IMG/VR virus record: IMGVR_UViG_3300031951_000197
Location: 1-55,578 of that record
DNA length: 55,578 nt
DNA from: a virus
Lineage: Duplodnaviria > Caudoviricetes
Reading direction: 5' to 3' (one strand)
Both the position numbers and the translations under genes were made by a program. This document shows positions 18,641 to 28,600 of this stretch, piece after piece. The first letter of the stretch is position 1. The number at the start of each line of letters is the position of its first letter. The notes under the pieces were generated by a model. The model ran no database searches and had not been told where the DNA came from. It saw only the letters and a list, made by a program, of their open reading frames with translations.

Positions 18641-18823
18641 CTACTTTTTCTTTTTCCCAGGGATGGGTACAATCTTGTAGCCCATCTTTGCCAAGTCAGC
18701 AGCAGATTTGGCTGCTTTAATTGCTGCACCTGCTGGAAGTATGAACATACTCTTCTCAATGCCGCCGCGGGTAGGCTTTTTGGGACCCATACCCATGCCG
18801 TCTTTGTTTGCTGCTTGTCTCAT
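18641..18823 (-). CDS. 60-aa basic protein
   Basis: ORF track; TAATG-coupled to the upstream gene. Confidence 0.6.
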   Translation of the reverse strand: MRQAANKDGMGMGPKKPTRGGIEKSMFILPAGAAIKAAKSAADLAKMGYKIVPIPGKKKK

Positions 18824-18966
18824 TATTTCATCTTCTTTCTCTTAGCAGCAACCTTCTTCTTGGCTGCCTTTTTGCCGTACTCCATCATACGCTCTTTTGC
18901 GCCTTCCATTTTCTCATGGCGCATCTTCGCTTTTTTACTACCGTACATTTCGCCTTTAGCAGACAT
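18823..18966 (-). CDS. 47-aa Lys-rich protein
   Basis: MSAKGEMYGSKKAKMRHEKMEG...KKMK; translationally coupled. Confidence 0.7.
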   Translation of the reverse strand: MSAKGEMYGSKKAKMRHEKMEGAKERMMEYGKKAAKKKVAAKRKKMK

Positions 18967-19085
18967 CACTTCATCTTCTTCTTCTTGGCAGCCATCTTCT
19001 TGGCCATCATCTTTTTCTTCTCCGCAGCCGCAGCCTTCATACCAGCCTTAGTGTACGGAAACTCTTTTTTGCCTACCATTGGCAT
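18966..19085 (-). CDS. 39-aa Lys/Ala/Met-rich protein
   Basis: MPMVGKKEFPYTKAGMKAAAAEKKKMMAKK...; AGGAG SD. Confidence 0.7.
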   Translation of the reverse strand: MPMVGKKEFPYTKAGMKAAAAEKKKMMAKKMAAKKKKMK

Positions 19086-19106
19086 AACAACTCCTGTTCG
19101 TTAGTG

Positions 19107-19391
19107 TTACCACTTTACCTTATCTGCCCAGTATGCCGCAGACATTCGACCCTTATTTATATTCGAAGCATGACGAGCCTTAAATGACTCCCGACGCTTA
19201 CGATAGGAAGCAGACTCCCCAGCCTTCTTCGGGGAACCAGACACCCCCTGCTGACCGAAACGGATAGTCTTCACCTGGTCGCCCTCTTTAGCAACAACGA
19301 CATGAGATTTGGTGGGATGGCTAGGGGTGCGCTTAGGTTTGTTAAAACCTGCAACCCCAGCCCGTGCCAATCGTGGGTCTTTCTTATTCAC
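19107..19391 (-). CDS. Basic phage protein (IRFGQQG...SFKARH...AYWA)
   Basis: Motif pattern recognisable from aquatic phage proteins of unknown function. Confidence 0.75.
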   Translation of the reverse strand: MNKKDPRLARAGVAGFNKPKRTPSHPTKSHVVVAKEGDQVKTIRFGQQGVSGSPKKAGESASYRKRRESFKARHASNINKGRMSAAYWADKVKW

Positions 19392-19783
19392 CTATACCTC
19401 GCAGTCTTTTTAGCAATATTCTTTGGTTGCGCCACAAACTGTTTGCCTTTACGGGTGCCTTCCCTTTTGGCTTTAGAAGTAGCCGCATACTCTTTAGAAG
19501 ACAAAGCCTCACGGGCTTTCTTTGGAAGATAGCGTTCACCTGTAGCCTTCGAACCCTGGGTGCTGGGCTTACCTGATTTAGTACCCCACTCCTCTTTGGT
19601 CCATTTCGACAACGATTTCTGCTTTTCTGTTTTGGCCCCCGAATAGCCACCGCCTGCTTTCTCGTAGGCTTGGGCAAGTAACTGTGCTTTGCGGGCAGAC
19701 CATTGACCAGGCTTCCCACCTTTGGAGCCTGCCATGATTCTGTTCTTAATGCGTTCCCGTTTTTCGGGATTCGTGTAAGCCAT
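19388..19783 (-). CDS. Basic conserved protein (GGKPGQWSARKAQL; DUF5872-like)
   Basis: Signature recognised from memory; needs an HMM check. Confidence 0.7.
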   Translation of the reverse strand: MAYTNPEKRERIKNRIMAGSKGGKPGQWSARKAQLLAQAYEKAGGGYSGAKTEKQKSLSKWTKEEWGTKSGKPSTQGSKATGERYLPKKAREALSSKEYAATSKAKREGTRKGKQFVAQPKNIAKKTARYR

Positions 19784-20910
19784 CAGTCCTCTTTTAACAT
19801 TCCTGCTTCACGCAGAATATCACGAACATTTGGGGAAACTTGGGCAGATTCACCCTTCATCAAATTGACATGATGACGGCCAATGTCGGCTTGGATGCGG
19901 CGGTTCGCAGTAATCCAAACCCCAGGTTCATCAGCAGAAACCCAATCTTCTTTAGCGACGAGGCCCCCAGTCCCTGCCACCTGTGTCAACTTCTTAGAAG
20001 ATTTAGTCCAAGTGATTTTGGCTGCGTCGGCTGCTTTAACCAAATCCCTTCTGTCTGCCCCAGCGTTGTATTGGTGCAACATCGCATCACACAAGTCATC
20101 TAATGTAACCTCGTACCAATCGCCTTTATTCCACACCGTTTTGTGGGCTGCAGGTTTAGGTGGGGCAGGAACAGCAACAGTAGCCAGGTTAATGAAGTCG
20201 CTATGTCCCGTCATATCTGACATGATTGTTGGTACACCCATCGCTACGGTCTGTAACGGCATCAGGCCGAACCCTTCGCCGCGGGATGCTGCCACGAAAC
20301 AATCTGCGGTGGCATACAGGTCATACTCCTCTGCTACCGTCAACCAAGAATCCACAACCTTGATGTTCGGGTTGGAAATGTTAGGGGCTTCACCTTTTAC
20401 AGTTGGCGGTATTTTCAATATCAGTTCTGCATCCACAAGATGTAGTGCCTCAAACGCGGCAACCACAATATCTAGTCCCTTACGCAACCACGATGACCCG
20501 CCAGCCACAAACCGAAACTTCTCATTCTTAGGGGCGGGACACGGCTTCCAAATCTTAGGGTCAATACCCAACGGCACCCTGCCCACATTTTTGTGGTATT
20601 GGCTGAACAAATCCACATTATGTAACGAAGGTACAATTATCTGGTCAAACTGAAACAACCTGTCAGCAAACGAATTAGGCAACATTGAAGTTTCCCACAT
20701 CGTAAACACAACCCGTTTCTGTCCCCGATGCCAACCTCGAACCATGTCAGGTTGAATACAAGACACTTTCACTTCCGATAAAGGATTGTTCTCCACAGTC
20801 TTAGGCAAATGTTTCAGCAAAGAAAGATACATATTGCCGTATCCGAAATGACCGACATCGTACCCTTCTAAACAAATTGTTTTCAGACCAGGCCCGTTTC
20901 CACCTGCCAC
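19783..20910 (-). CDS. GT4-family (GT-B) glycosyltransferase
   Basis: RKGLD and SRGEGFGLMPLQ...AMGVPTI motifs. Confidence 0.88.
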   Translation of the reverse strand: MAGGNGPGLKTICLEGYDVGHFGYGNMYLSLLKHLPKTVENNPLSEVKVSCIQPDMVRGWHRGQKRVVFTMWETSMLPNSFADRLFQFDQIIVPSLHNVDLFSQYHKNVGRVPLGIDPKIWKPCPAPKNEKFRFVAGGSSWLRKGLDIVVAAFEALHLVDAELILKIPPTVKGEAPNISNPNIKVVDSWLTVAEEYDLYATADCFVAASRGEGFGLMPLQTVAMGVPTIMSDMTGHSDFINLATVAVPAPPKPAAHKTVWNKGDWYEVTLDDLCDAMLHQYNAGADRRDLVKAADAAKITWTKSSKKLTQVAGTGGLVAKEDWVSADEPGVWITANRRIQADIGRHHVNLMKGESAQVSPNVRDILREAGMLKED

Positions 20911-21152
20911 GATTCTTTCGCTTTCTTTTCAATATTGGCGCACCCGTCAATGCGTTTAGGTTGCAACCCGTCAGCCCTTAAACGCTTATAGGCAGGCATA
21001 TCTTTCTGCCAACGAGATTCAGTAGCGTTAATTTCGGCAGCGCGTTTACCGCCAGTAGTTGACTCGTTCGGCCCCGTTTTCACATGGGCAACCTTGCAAC
21101 CAAAACAACCCTCAACATCCAAAGTGGGATGTGTTCGCTGATGCAAAATCAT
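20883..21152 (-). CDS. Hypothetical protein with CxxC
   Basis: 89-aa ORF in the operon; ATGA overlap. Confidence 0.65.
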   Translation of the reverse strand: MILHQRTHPTLDVEGCFGCKVAHVKTGPNESTTGGKRAAEINATESRWQKDMPAYKRLRADGLQPKRIDGCANIEKKAKESWQVETGLV

Positions 21153-21406
21153 GTGATGTAATCCTCGTACCCTGCGTCAATAAGTTCCGCTTGTTCCGCT
21201 GCCGTTATTTCTGTGGCGTGACCACCGTAATACACCTTATCAACATCTTCCCAAGAAGGGGGTTGATTCTCTGTGTATTCACCGTTAGTTAAACGATACA
21301 CATTCACTCCCCGTGCCGTTGCTTCCAAACGGGAAAACAGGTTATCTCCGATGTCTTCACCGAAGTAAACAACTTCATCTTTAGTTGGTGGTGTAAACAA
21401 TGCCAT
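21149..21406 (-). CDS. Hypothetical acidic protein after the capsid gene
   Basis: MALFTPPTKDEV...; lies just downstream of the capsid terminator. Confidence 0.65.
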   Translation of the reverse strand: MALFTPPTKDEVVYFGEDIGDNLFSRLEATARGVNVYRLTNGEYTENQPPSWEDVDKVYYGGHATEITAAEQAELIDAGYEDYIT

Positions 21407-21422
21407 ACGGTAAGAATAACAC

Positions 21423-21452
21423 AAAACCCCCCAGGCCGTAGCCCAGGGGGTT
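21423..21452 (-). terminator. Rho-independent terminator after the major capsid gene
   Basis: CCCCCUGGGC-UACG-GCCUGGGGGG stem with a cUACGg tetraloop followed by UUUU; second hairpin at 21466-21489. Confidence 0.8.
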
Positions 21453-21510
21453 CGCTGTGTAAGACAACCATCCGCCTAAATGGATGGTTACTTATGAGTG
21501 TAGCGACAAA

Positions 21511-22479
21511 CTAGGCGTTGGTGCCAATGCTTGAAGCAGACTCGATGCGGCGAAGTGATGCCTCGCGGAAGCGACCATAGCCACCCAGCCAGTACCAGCC
21601 GATTGGCTGGAGACGCTGCAAGTAGTCGGTCACTGTGCCACGAACAATCTTCGGTGCTGCACCGTTTCCATCGGTTGTGCTGTACGCCTTAGCAAGAGCC
21701 TGACGGCCCATGATGAGGGTTGCGTACACATCTATGGTTCCGCTTGAACCGCTGTTGTTGGATGCGTTTGCAAACAACGGGGCGCGTGGGGTTTCGATGA
21801 AACGCACCGATTCCCACTGTCCGATTTCGCCGTTGTAGATGTTGGCGGTGTCAACATATGCGTGTGGGTCACGCCAGTTGGCTGCACCGTTAGCACCACG
21901 GAAGTCGTAAGAAACATCGGGGTGGATGTAACCCATGTATGCACCATTGAAGGTTGCAACATTGGCCTTACGCAACTGGGCAACAACCTTACGAACATCG
22001 TCACCGATGAGAACATCGTCTGTGTTGATGGTCGTGCGGCTTGATGGGTCGGTAGCACCGCCCGTGGCATAGGTCACATTGGACCCGCCAGCAAGAACGC
22101 TGGAAACAACCTGGTCGATAGAGTCGCCAGCGTTGTAACCCACGATGTTTGCAGCCGAAGCGTTGACATCGAGGAACGCGGTTCCACGCAACTTGGCGGT
22201 GGTCACAACAGCGTTACCGTATTCTTCGAGGGTAACCGTTACCTGGCTGTCGCTCATAGCAACAGGGGTAACATCGGTTACTTCGTTGAGGGTGCTGGTC
22301 GCTGCTGCGATGTCTGCAAAGATGGTGAATGTAACACCCGTACCAGGCATAGCCTGTTGGGTTGGCTGCACATCGGCAGCCTGGTCGAACAAGAGTTCTG
22401 AACGCAGTGCGAAGTACGCAAGGCGGTCAAATGCTACCTGGTCAACCGAAAGGGATGAAGTGGTGGTTTCTCCAGCCAT
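21511..22479 (-). CDS. Major capsid protein (N4-gp56-like family)
   Basis: 322 aa; VTLEEYGN, YIHPDVSYD, NGEIG...VRFIE; lies between the scaffold gene and a strong terminator. Confidence 0.88.
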   Translation of the reverse strand: MAGETTTSSLSVDQVAFDRLAYFALRSELLFDQAADVQPTQQAMPGTGVTFTIFADIAAATSTLNEVTDVTPVAMSDSQVTVTLEEYGNAVVTTAKLRGTAFLDVNASAANIVGYNAGDSIDQVVSSVLAGGSNVTYATGGATDPSSRTTINTDDVLIGDDVRKVVAQLRKANVATFNGAYMGYIHPDVSYDFRGANGAANWRDPHAYVDTANIYNGEIGQWESVRFIETPRAPLFANASNNSGSSGTIDVYATLIMGRQALAKAYSTTDGNGAAPKIVRGTVTDYLQRLQPIGWYWLGGYGRFREASLRRIESASSIGTNA

Positions 22480-22502
22480 TTTAATTTCTCCTTAGATTAG
22501 GT

Positions 22503-22952
22503 TTACGAAAGTGATGCTCGCGCCTTATCCAAGATTTCCATTATTTCTTTTTCTGAGGATGCTGCCGCAATACGGGCCGCCCAATCCACAGGTTCATCAG
22601 AAAGGTTAACCCCTGCCGCAACCTGGTTACTGCGTGACCAGGCTTCCGCTTCCTCTTTCAGAGGGTTCGGATTCGCTCCTGCCACTAGACCTGCTTCGGC
22701 TGCGGCTGAACGAATTGCTTCGGGTGTCAACTCGCCGTCATAACCTTTCACGAAATACTTTGCCATCGGGCTGCCCATTGGGACACCTGCTTTGGCGAAA
22801 GCGAGTTCGCGTTTGGCGTTTTCGGCTTCCATCTTTAACTGCCTGAGTTCTTGGACTTCCTTCTCCAACTCTTTCATGTGTTGGCGAAGCGGGTTCTTTC
22901 CCGTTGTCTGCTGACCAGTTTCCTCGTCGTAGAAATCCTGTTCGTCTTGCAT
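22503..22952 (-). CDS. Capsid scaffolding protein
   Basis: Acidic coiled coil immediately upstream of the capsid gene; AGGAG SD before ATG 22952. Confidence 0.7.
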   Translation of the reverse strand: MQDEQDFYDEETGQQTTGKNPLRQHMKELEKEVQELRQLKMEAENAKRELAFAKAGVPMGSPMAKYFVKGYDGELTPEAIRSAAAEAGLVAGANPNPLKEEAEAWSRSNQVAAGVNLSDEPVDWAARIAAASSEKEIMEILDKARASLS

Positions 22953-23083
22953 ATGGCACTCTCCTTTTTTGCCCACATCACGCCCAGAGGAGACATGATG
23001 GCTGCGTTTTGTTGACACCCCATGTGTACGCCGTGAGTTGAGGGGGTTCCCTCACGGGTTCCTTCCTTGCGGAATCGTTTATA

Positions 23084-23110
23084 ACTATACACCACTGTTG
23101 TTAGTTACAA
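23084..23110 (-). promoter_or_regulatory. Putative promoter for scaffold/capsid genes
   Basis: AGTGGTGTATAGT; near-identical AGTGGTTTATACT at 34549-34561 upstream of the portal gene. Confidence 0.5.
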
Positions 23111-23126
23111 GTGGTATTCGTAAAAT

Positions 23127-23948
23127 TTATTGCAAACCAGTTACTGATGAGCCTTGGCCTGCGAAGCCACCACCGCCAGAGAATTCTGCGGTACGGCGTT
23201 CTTGCCGTTGACGGATGCGTTGTGTTGCGGCTGCGTTGGTGCCGAACACGCCACCGATTTGTTCTTCACGGGTGATTGCTTGTTCGCCTGGTGCGCCACG
23301 GAACAGTTCTTCCATCTGTTGTATCGCCCCGAAACCTTGCTGCGCTTGTTCTTGGGTGATGCCTTGTTGTTGTAACGCTTCTGCTTCTTGTTGGGTTAGG
23401 GTGATGCCACCGCCTGCTTGTGCGCCCCCTGCGATACGGGCTGCACCTGCTTGACGAGTGATGACATCACGGCCCTTGGTGGGGTCAAGGAAGTATGCGG
23501 CGAGGCTGGCTTCGTCTACTCCGTAGAGTCGTTTCATTTCTGCGATGGTGTCAGGGTTGGCGTTCTTTACTGCTAGGTAACCGCGTTGTACTCTGGTGTC
23601 TAGTTCTTGGGCTGAGACATCGTTGCCGATAAAGTTGGCAAGGTCGTCTTGTGTGTCGTAGAAACCTGGGGGAAGGTTGTTGCCTGCCAGGATTTGTTTG
23701 AGGCTGTCTTCGATACGCAGGTAGTCCCCAGCCGAATATTCGGTGAGTCCTTTTTGTCTACGGGCTTCGTTGCCTTTGAACCGTTGCTTGTATTCTGGGG
23801 TTTCACGGAGCATCAGTTCCAGAACAGGAAGGTTCGCTCCTTCGGCTAGTGACGGGTCATCAACTAAAAGATTTTCAACATAGGTTGTCAGTGAGGACAG
23901 GCCGATAGATGAAAGGAAGTTTCTGATAAAGGTTGGAGATGCTGCCAT
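23127..23948 (-). CDS. Putative internal virion/ejection protein
   Basis: Gln/Ala/Gly-rich helical protein in the core-protein cluster. Confidence 0.55.
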   Translation of the reverse strand: MAASPTFIRNFLSSIGLSSLTTYVENLLVDDPSLAEGANLPVLELMLRETPEYKQRFKGNEARRQKGLTEYSAGDYLRIEDSLKQILAGNNLPPGFYDTQDDLANFIGNDVSAQELDTRVQRGYLAVKNANPDTIAEMKRLYGVDEASLAAYFLDPTKGRDVITRQAGAARIAGGAQAGGGITLTQQEAEALQQQGITQEQAQQGFGAIQQMEELFRGAPGEQAITREEQIGGVFGTNAAATQRIRQRQERRTAEFSGGGGFAGQGSSVTGLQ

Positions 23949-24835
23949 TACGATATCTTTCCAAATACTTTGGCGAGGTTAGTTGCCATTGACGAATACG
24001 CTTGACGGTAGTTATCGGTGCGCTTCCACTCAGGCAGGGACCTGATGTATTTGGTCCATTCGGCTTGGCTCATCATGCGGGACTGGCCGTTAGGCTGAGG
24101 GGAGAAGTCGAACAGTTTGCCGTACTTAGGTTTAGAAATGTCAATAGTGGATGGGTCCACTTCAAGGATTTGTGCCGCAATATTTTGGTACGGCTGAGAC
24201 ACATCGCTGATGGTCATACCTTGGTCCAACTGGTTTGTCAGACTGGGGTACAGGGTTTTAGCCAGGTTACGGAAGTTGTCGGTGATTTGCTGTTCCGACA
24301 TTTCACCCTTGATGACTTGGGTGGCGTACCCCCGCAAGTCTTTGTTAGTCAGGTTGATACCGTAACGGCCCGCCAAATTGTTAAGGTTGACAGCAACCTG
24401 GCTTTCGTTGAGCCGTACCTTTTCCCCATCTTCTTTGGGTTTGCGGGTAATTTCTGTGCCAACATATTGGGCTAGTTCTTGGTCGCTCCAAGCGAACCGC
24501 AGCGCCTGGTTAGCAAGCCTGTTCAACTGCTGGTCGTTCAGACTGAACCCTAGGCTTTTAGCGTAGGAATCTATCTGGTTTTGGCGGTCTTGGATTTGGG
24601 CTGCGAACTCTGCTGGTTGACTGTTCTTTAGTTCAATGTAGGACAGTTCAGACTGTTGTTTTGATTTGAACCATTCGGTTGATTTGATGGCATTAACGAA
24701 ACGGGTGGCATCCCACTTTTCTGCTACTGCTTTATCTATAACAGATTGTAACGCTGGTACAGAATCATAGAGGGTGACAATCCATCCGTATGCGTCTGTT
24801 GCTGCTGTTTTCCAATCTTCTTCCATATCAACCAC
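23948..24835 (-). CDS. Putative internal virion/ejection protein
   Basis: Long helical ORF in the core-protein cluster. Confidence 0.55.
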   Translation of the reverse strand: MVDMEEDWKTAATDAYGWIVTLYDSVPALQSVIDKAVAEKWDATRFVNAIKSTEWFKSKQQSELSYIELKNSQPAEFAAQIQDRQNQIDSYAKSLGFSLNDQQLNRLANQALRFAWSDQELAQYVGTEITRKPKEDGEKVRLNESQVAVNLNNLAGRYGINLTNKDLRGYATQVIKGEMSEQQITDNFRNLAKTLYPSLTNQLDQGMTISDVSQPYQNIAAQILEVDPSTIDISKPKYGKLFDFSPQPNGQSRMMSQAEWTKYIRSLPEWKRTDNYRQAYSSMATNLAKVFGKIS

Positions 24836-25646
24836 CGCCCATTAACTGCGACAATAAACCTACATAATCTCCATACGATTTTGCTTTAACTTCCCCAGGG
24901 GCAGTGGTTTCCAACTGGGTTTGCACCAATGCTTCAGGGCTTGGTGGTTCCAGGATTTCTCCGCTGCTTTGATAAAATTTCTTTTCGTTTCCTTGGAAGG
25001 TGCGTACCAGTTCGTCGATTGTTTCTTGGTCAAGTTCGCGGCCTACAACACTTCGGGCAGCCTGGTTGAATACAAGTTTGAGGTCGTCTGGGTTTGACAA
25101 TTTGTATGACGGGGTTGAGCCACCACCGCTGCTTGTTCCCATTGACGGATTCTGGTATAGAAATGCTGCGGTGTCTTTCCATTCTGCGCCATAAAGATTG
25201 GCTTGTCCAAGCAGTTTGTTGAACGCTGTGACCGTTGCTTGGTCAAGTAAACCTGGGCGGTAGGAACCTAGGAAACGGATACTTCTCAAAGCCCCTTGCA
25301 CTTGGATAAGTTCTTCGGGTGCCATATCTGACAAGATGTTTTCGTCGTCGCCAGCAAAATACAAAGGTTCAAAAGTTTTTGCAGGTTGGTTGAAAATGTC
25401 TGGGGCTTGTGAACCCACAACATAGGAATATCCCCGATAATCGCTGCGACCCGTTGCAGGGTCTTCGTAAAGCCGACCAGTTACACCGATGGCTGAACGA
25501 TACGGCCAGTCCTTTGGGTCGGTTGTTTTAAAGGCGGTTCCATTGTTCTTGGCCAACTCCATGAACATATTTAACAGTTCATCAGCGGTAGGGGTCGTCG
25601 GGACTGTTGTAGAAGGAGATGGTGTGTTCTGTGGTTTCGGTGCCAT
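24828..25646 (-). CDS. Putative internal virion protein with a peptidoglycan-binding-like segment
   Basis: VQGALRSIRFL...PGLLDQATVTAF resembles PG_binding_1 helices. Confidence 0.5.
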   Translation of the reverse strand: MAPKPQNTPSPSTTVPTTPTADELLNMFMELAKNNGTAFKTTDPKDWPYRSAIGVTGRLYEDPATGRSDYRGYSYVVGSQAPDIFNQPAKTFEPLYFAGDDENILSDMAPEELIQVQGALRSIRFLGSYRPGLLDQATVTAFNKLLGQANLYGAEWKDTAAFLYQNPSMGTSSGGGSTPSYKLSNPDDLKLVFNQAARSVVGRELDQETIDELVRTFQGNEKKFYQSSGEILEPPSPEALVQTQLETTAPGEVKAKSYGDYVGLLSQLMGGG

Positions 25647-25647
25647 G

Positions 25648-28600
25648 TTAATCTTCCAAACCTATTTCAAATTCTGGGGCCAACACATTCTGCCACACAA
25701 AAGCAAACTGTGGCACCATACGAGCCAATTCGTCACCAGCCTTGGTTAAACCGATGCGAACATATTCGGCGTTGGCGTTCTTTGTCCAGTCGGTCCCAAG
25801 GTCAGCGGCTTGATATTCGGATACATACCATTCACGCAGCCCCATATAAACCTTAACCATTTTGCCTACCTCTGATTGTTCAGCGAACGGGCTATCAGCA
25901 ATTTCTTGAAGTTGTTGGATTTGTTTTTCGCGTCGCTTGGCTGATTCAACCCAACCGTACTTTCCATCCCAGAATGGGAACAGTGATTTCACCTGCTCTT
26001 TAATGTTCCGCAGTTGGCTTTGGCCTTCGTTAGAAGCAAGATATTCCACATCGTAACCCGCTTTGGCGATATTGACCAAGAAGTATCCCATTTGGCTTTG
26101 GGCATCTTCTAGCATGGTACGCGGGTCTGTGCTTTCCCTCATGCCACGGTACTTTTGGCGGGAGTATGCGCTGGGCGAAAAATCTCCTGACATCGGGCCG
26201 AAGTATCCTGCAACATCAGGGAAGGTGTCTAAAAGTTCTTTGTTGGCTGAAGCCCATCTGTCGTATTCTTCGGTTGCTTGCAGGCCAGGGATTTTGCTTT
26301 TGGTGATATTTCCGAACAATGCCCAGACACTTGTGCCGTACTCTGCCAAGAATTTGGCTGTGCCATCGTAACGGTTTGCTCCGTTGGCCTCTGCCTCATC
26401 TTCATATTGGCGAAGTTTGTCGGAAAGGAAACCCACACGGATATCACCCTGTTTTGTTTCAAGCATAAAGTTTGTGGTTGGAGAAGCAATCACAGCCTGG
26501 GTTAAGCCACGCATAAAGAACAGAATGTTTGTTTTGGTTTCTACTTCTTTAAGAACAGCACTCATTTCTTGTTCTGTTTTAATAACAGGAATTGTTGACG
26601 AATAGGCTTGCAGTACCTTGTTGTAATACTGTTTGTAGTCAACTGTGGATTCTTGGTTGCCGAAAATCACTTTGGTAAAATCTTTTAATGCTTCACCGAT
26701 AACGGGTGTTTCGCCTGCTAACTGGCCGACAAGTGGGGCCATGCGACGCAGCCAGAGAGGGCGTGGGTCCAGGGCTGATACAATCGAACCGCGGTCTTCT
26801 GGTCGACCCATCGGGAAAATGATTTCTGCGATAGTCGACATTTCTGGGTCGTTCAACTTGTTGAAATAACTCAATGGGATTTGAACAGTAAATCCGACAC
26901 CTGGAACAATCTGGCCTATCATTGACATTTGCCGTGCGCTGACTTCATAGTTGGCCGTTGGTGTACCTGTTAGGAATCGGGCGATTGCGCCAGTCATGGG
27001 GAGAGCAAACACTTCGTTACCGTATGCGTTGCGGTATAGGAAGCCTTCTGGTTTGCCGTCATAGTCGACATCTCCAGGCCCGATGGCGGTTGCTCCTTGT
27101 AGTGCGCTGACACCAAGCCCTGCCCAGTATGCAAGTTCTGGGCGTTGTGCAACAAACTTCATGTATGTTTGTGCTTGTTCACGGAACGCTTCGAAGAATG
27201 GGAACAGCAGTTGGTGTTGGTAACCGAACAAAGAACGCTTCGATGAATCATAGAGGGTATCGACTGTTTTATTTGTGGCGTATGCGTTAGCAAATTTGTC
27301 GATTGCTTCTAGCGATTCGCCATCTTTGGTTACGCCTTGTGCTACACGGGCTTCGGCTTGGTCTAAAGCAAATTGAAGTCGTTTAAGTTTTGATTTTGGA
27401 AGCCCTGCTTCAAGGGCCGATGCCCTCAGCGCGTCTACGGCTTCTTGCGATGCGGTACTGAGGGTGGCTTCTACGGCATCCCAGTATGCGCCGCGCCACA
27501 AAGGGCTGCGAGCCAGAAGGTCGGATGTTTGTCCGTACATACCTTGAAAGTATTTGGCAACCAAATAGTTTTTGGCATCCCAAATTTTGCCAAGGCCAGA
27601 CATCATTGGATTTTTGTCAAGTTGGAATTTCGGGAAATACAAAACTTGGTTTGCAGAATCGGCTGCTTCAACATATGTTGACCCGAGAAAGTCTTCGTAT
27701 TCTGGTGCCGCAACCCAACGGCCTGTTGGCTCACGGAAGAACGCTGGCTGGTCGTTAAACAGGCCCGTGGCGAGAACATCTAGGTTGGCCTGGTTGGTGC
27801 CAATGTTTTGATATATTTCTTGCGTAACCAAACGGACATATGCGGCGACACTATCTGGTGCGTCTGCCATGAAACCTGGTGCTTTGCGACCCAGTTTCTT
27901 GAAATAGTCTAAATAGTATTCTTTGCCTGCACCAAATAAAATCCATTGTTCGATTGCTTGCATACCATCAGAAGTTATGTTTCCTTCTTTTAGAAGTTCG
28001 CCATATGTTTTTGTAACTGTTTCGATTTCTAAGGTTTCTACATTTTTGAATTTCATGTTTCCTAAATCGTCATAAACAGGAACAGAAATTTTGTCTTCGT
28101 CGAATGGTCTGCCGTTAGCAACTCGACGATAAATCGGGTTGTTATACATATCACCCGTTTGATGGGCTACACCTGCAACAAATTCGTCACGGAATCGAAG
28201 GTCGCTTTTTTGAATGGTGGTAGTAAAACCATGTCGTATATCGTCGCCCACCAAATACGAATTGGTGCCTGTAGCAATAGCCTTTTCTGGCATATTGCCT
28301 ATCATCGCGTCAGTGAATTTTGGTAGGTCGGAATCAAACTTGGCTTGTAGTTTTGCTAACTCATCTAGTTTCGTTGGGTATTCAGCAAGTTCTTCTGCAA
28401 AGGTCGCTGCCATTTCGTCGGCTTTTTCAATCTTTCCTGCTTTGCGAAGTTTTGATATTTCTTCTGTGATTTCGCGGAGTGATGCTATGTCCAGTTCAAG
28501 GTTGCCGATGTCTGTTGCTAGGTTGAATGTTTCCCCGAACACATCGGCTGTGTATTTGCCCTTTGCTCCACCAAAGAGTCCTGCCTGGACTGCCGCAAAC

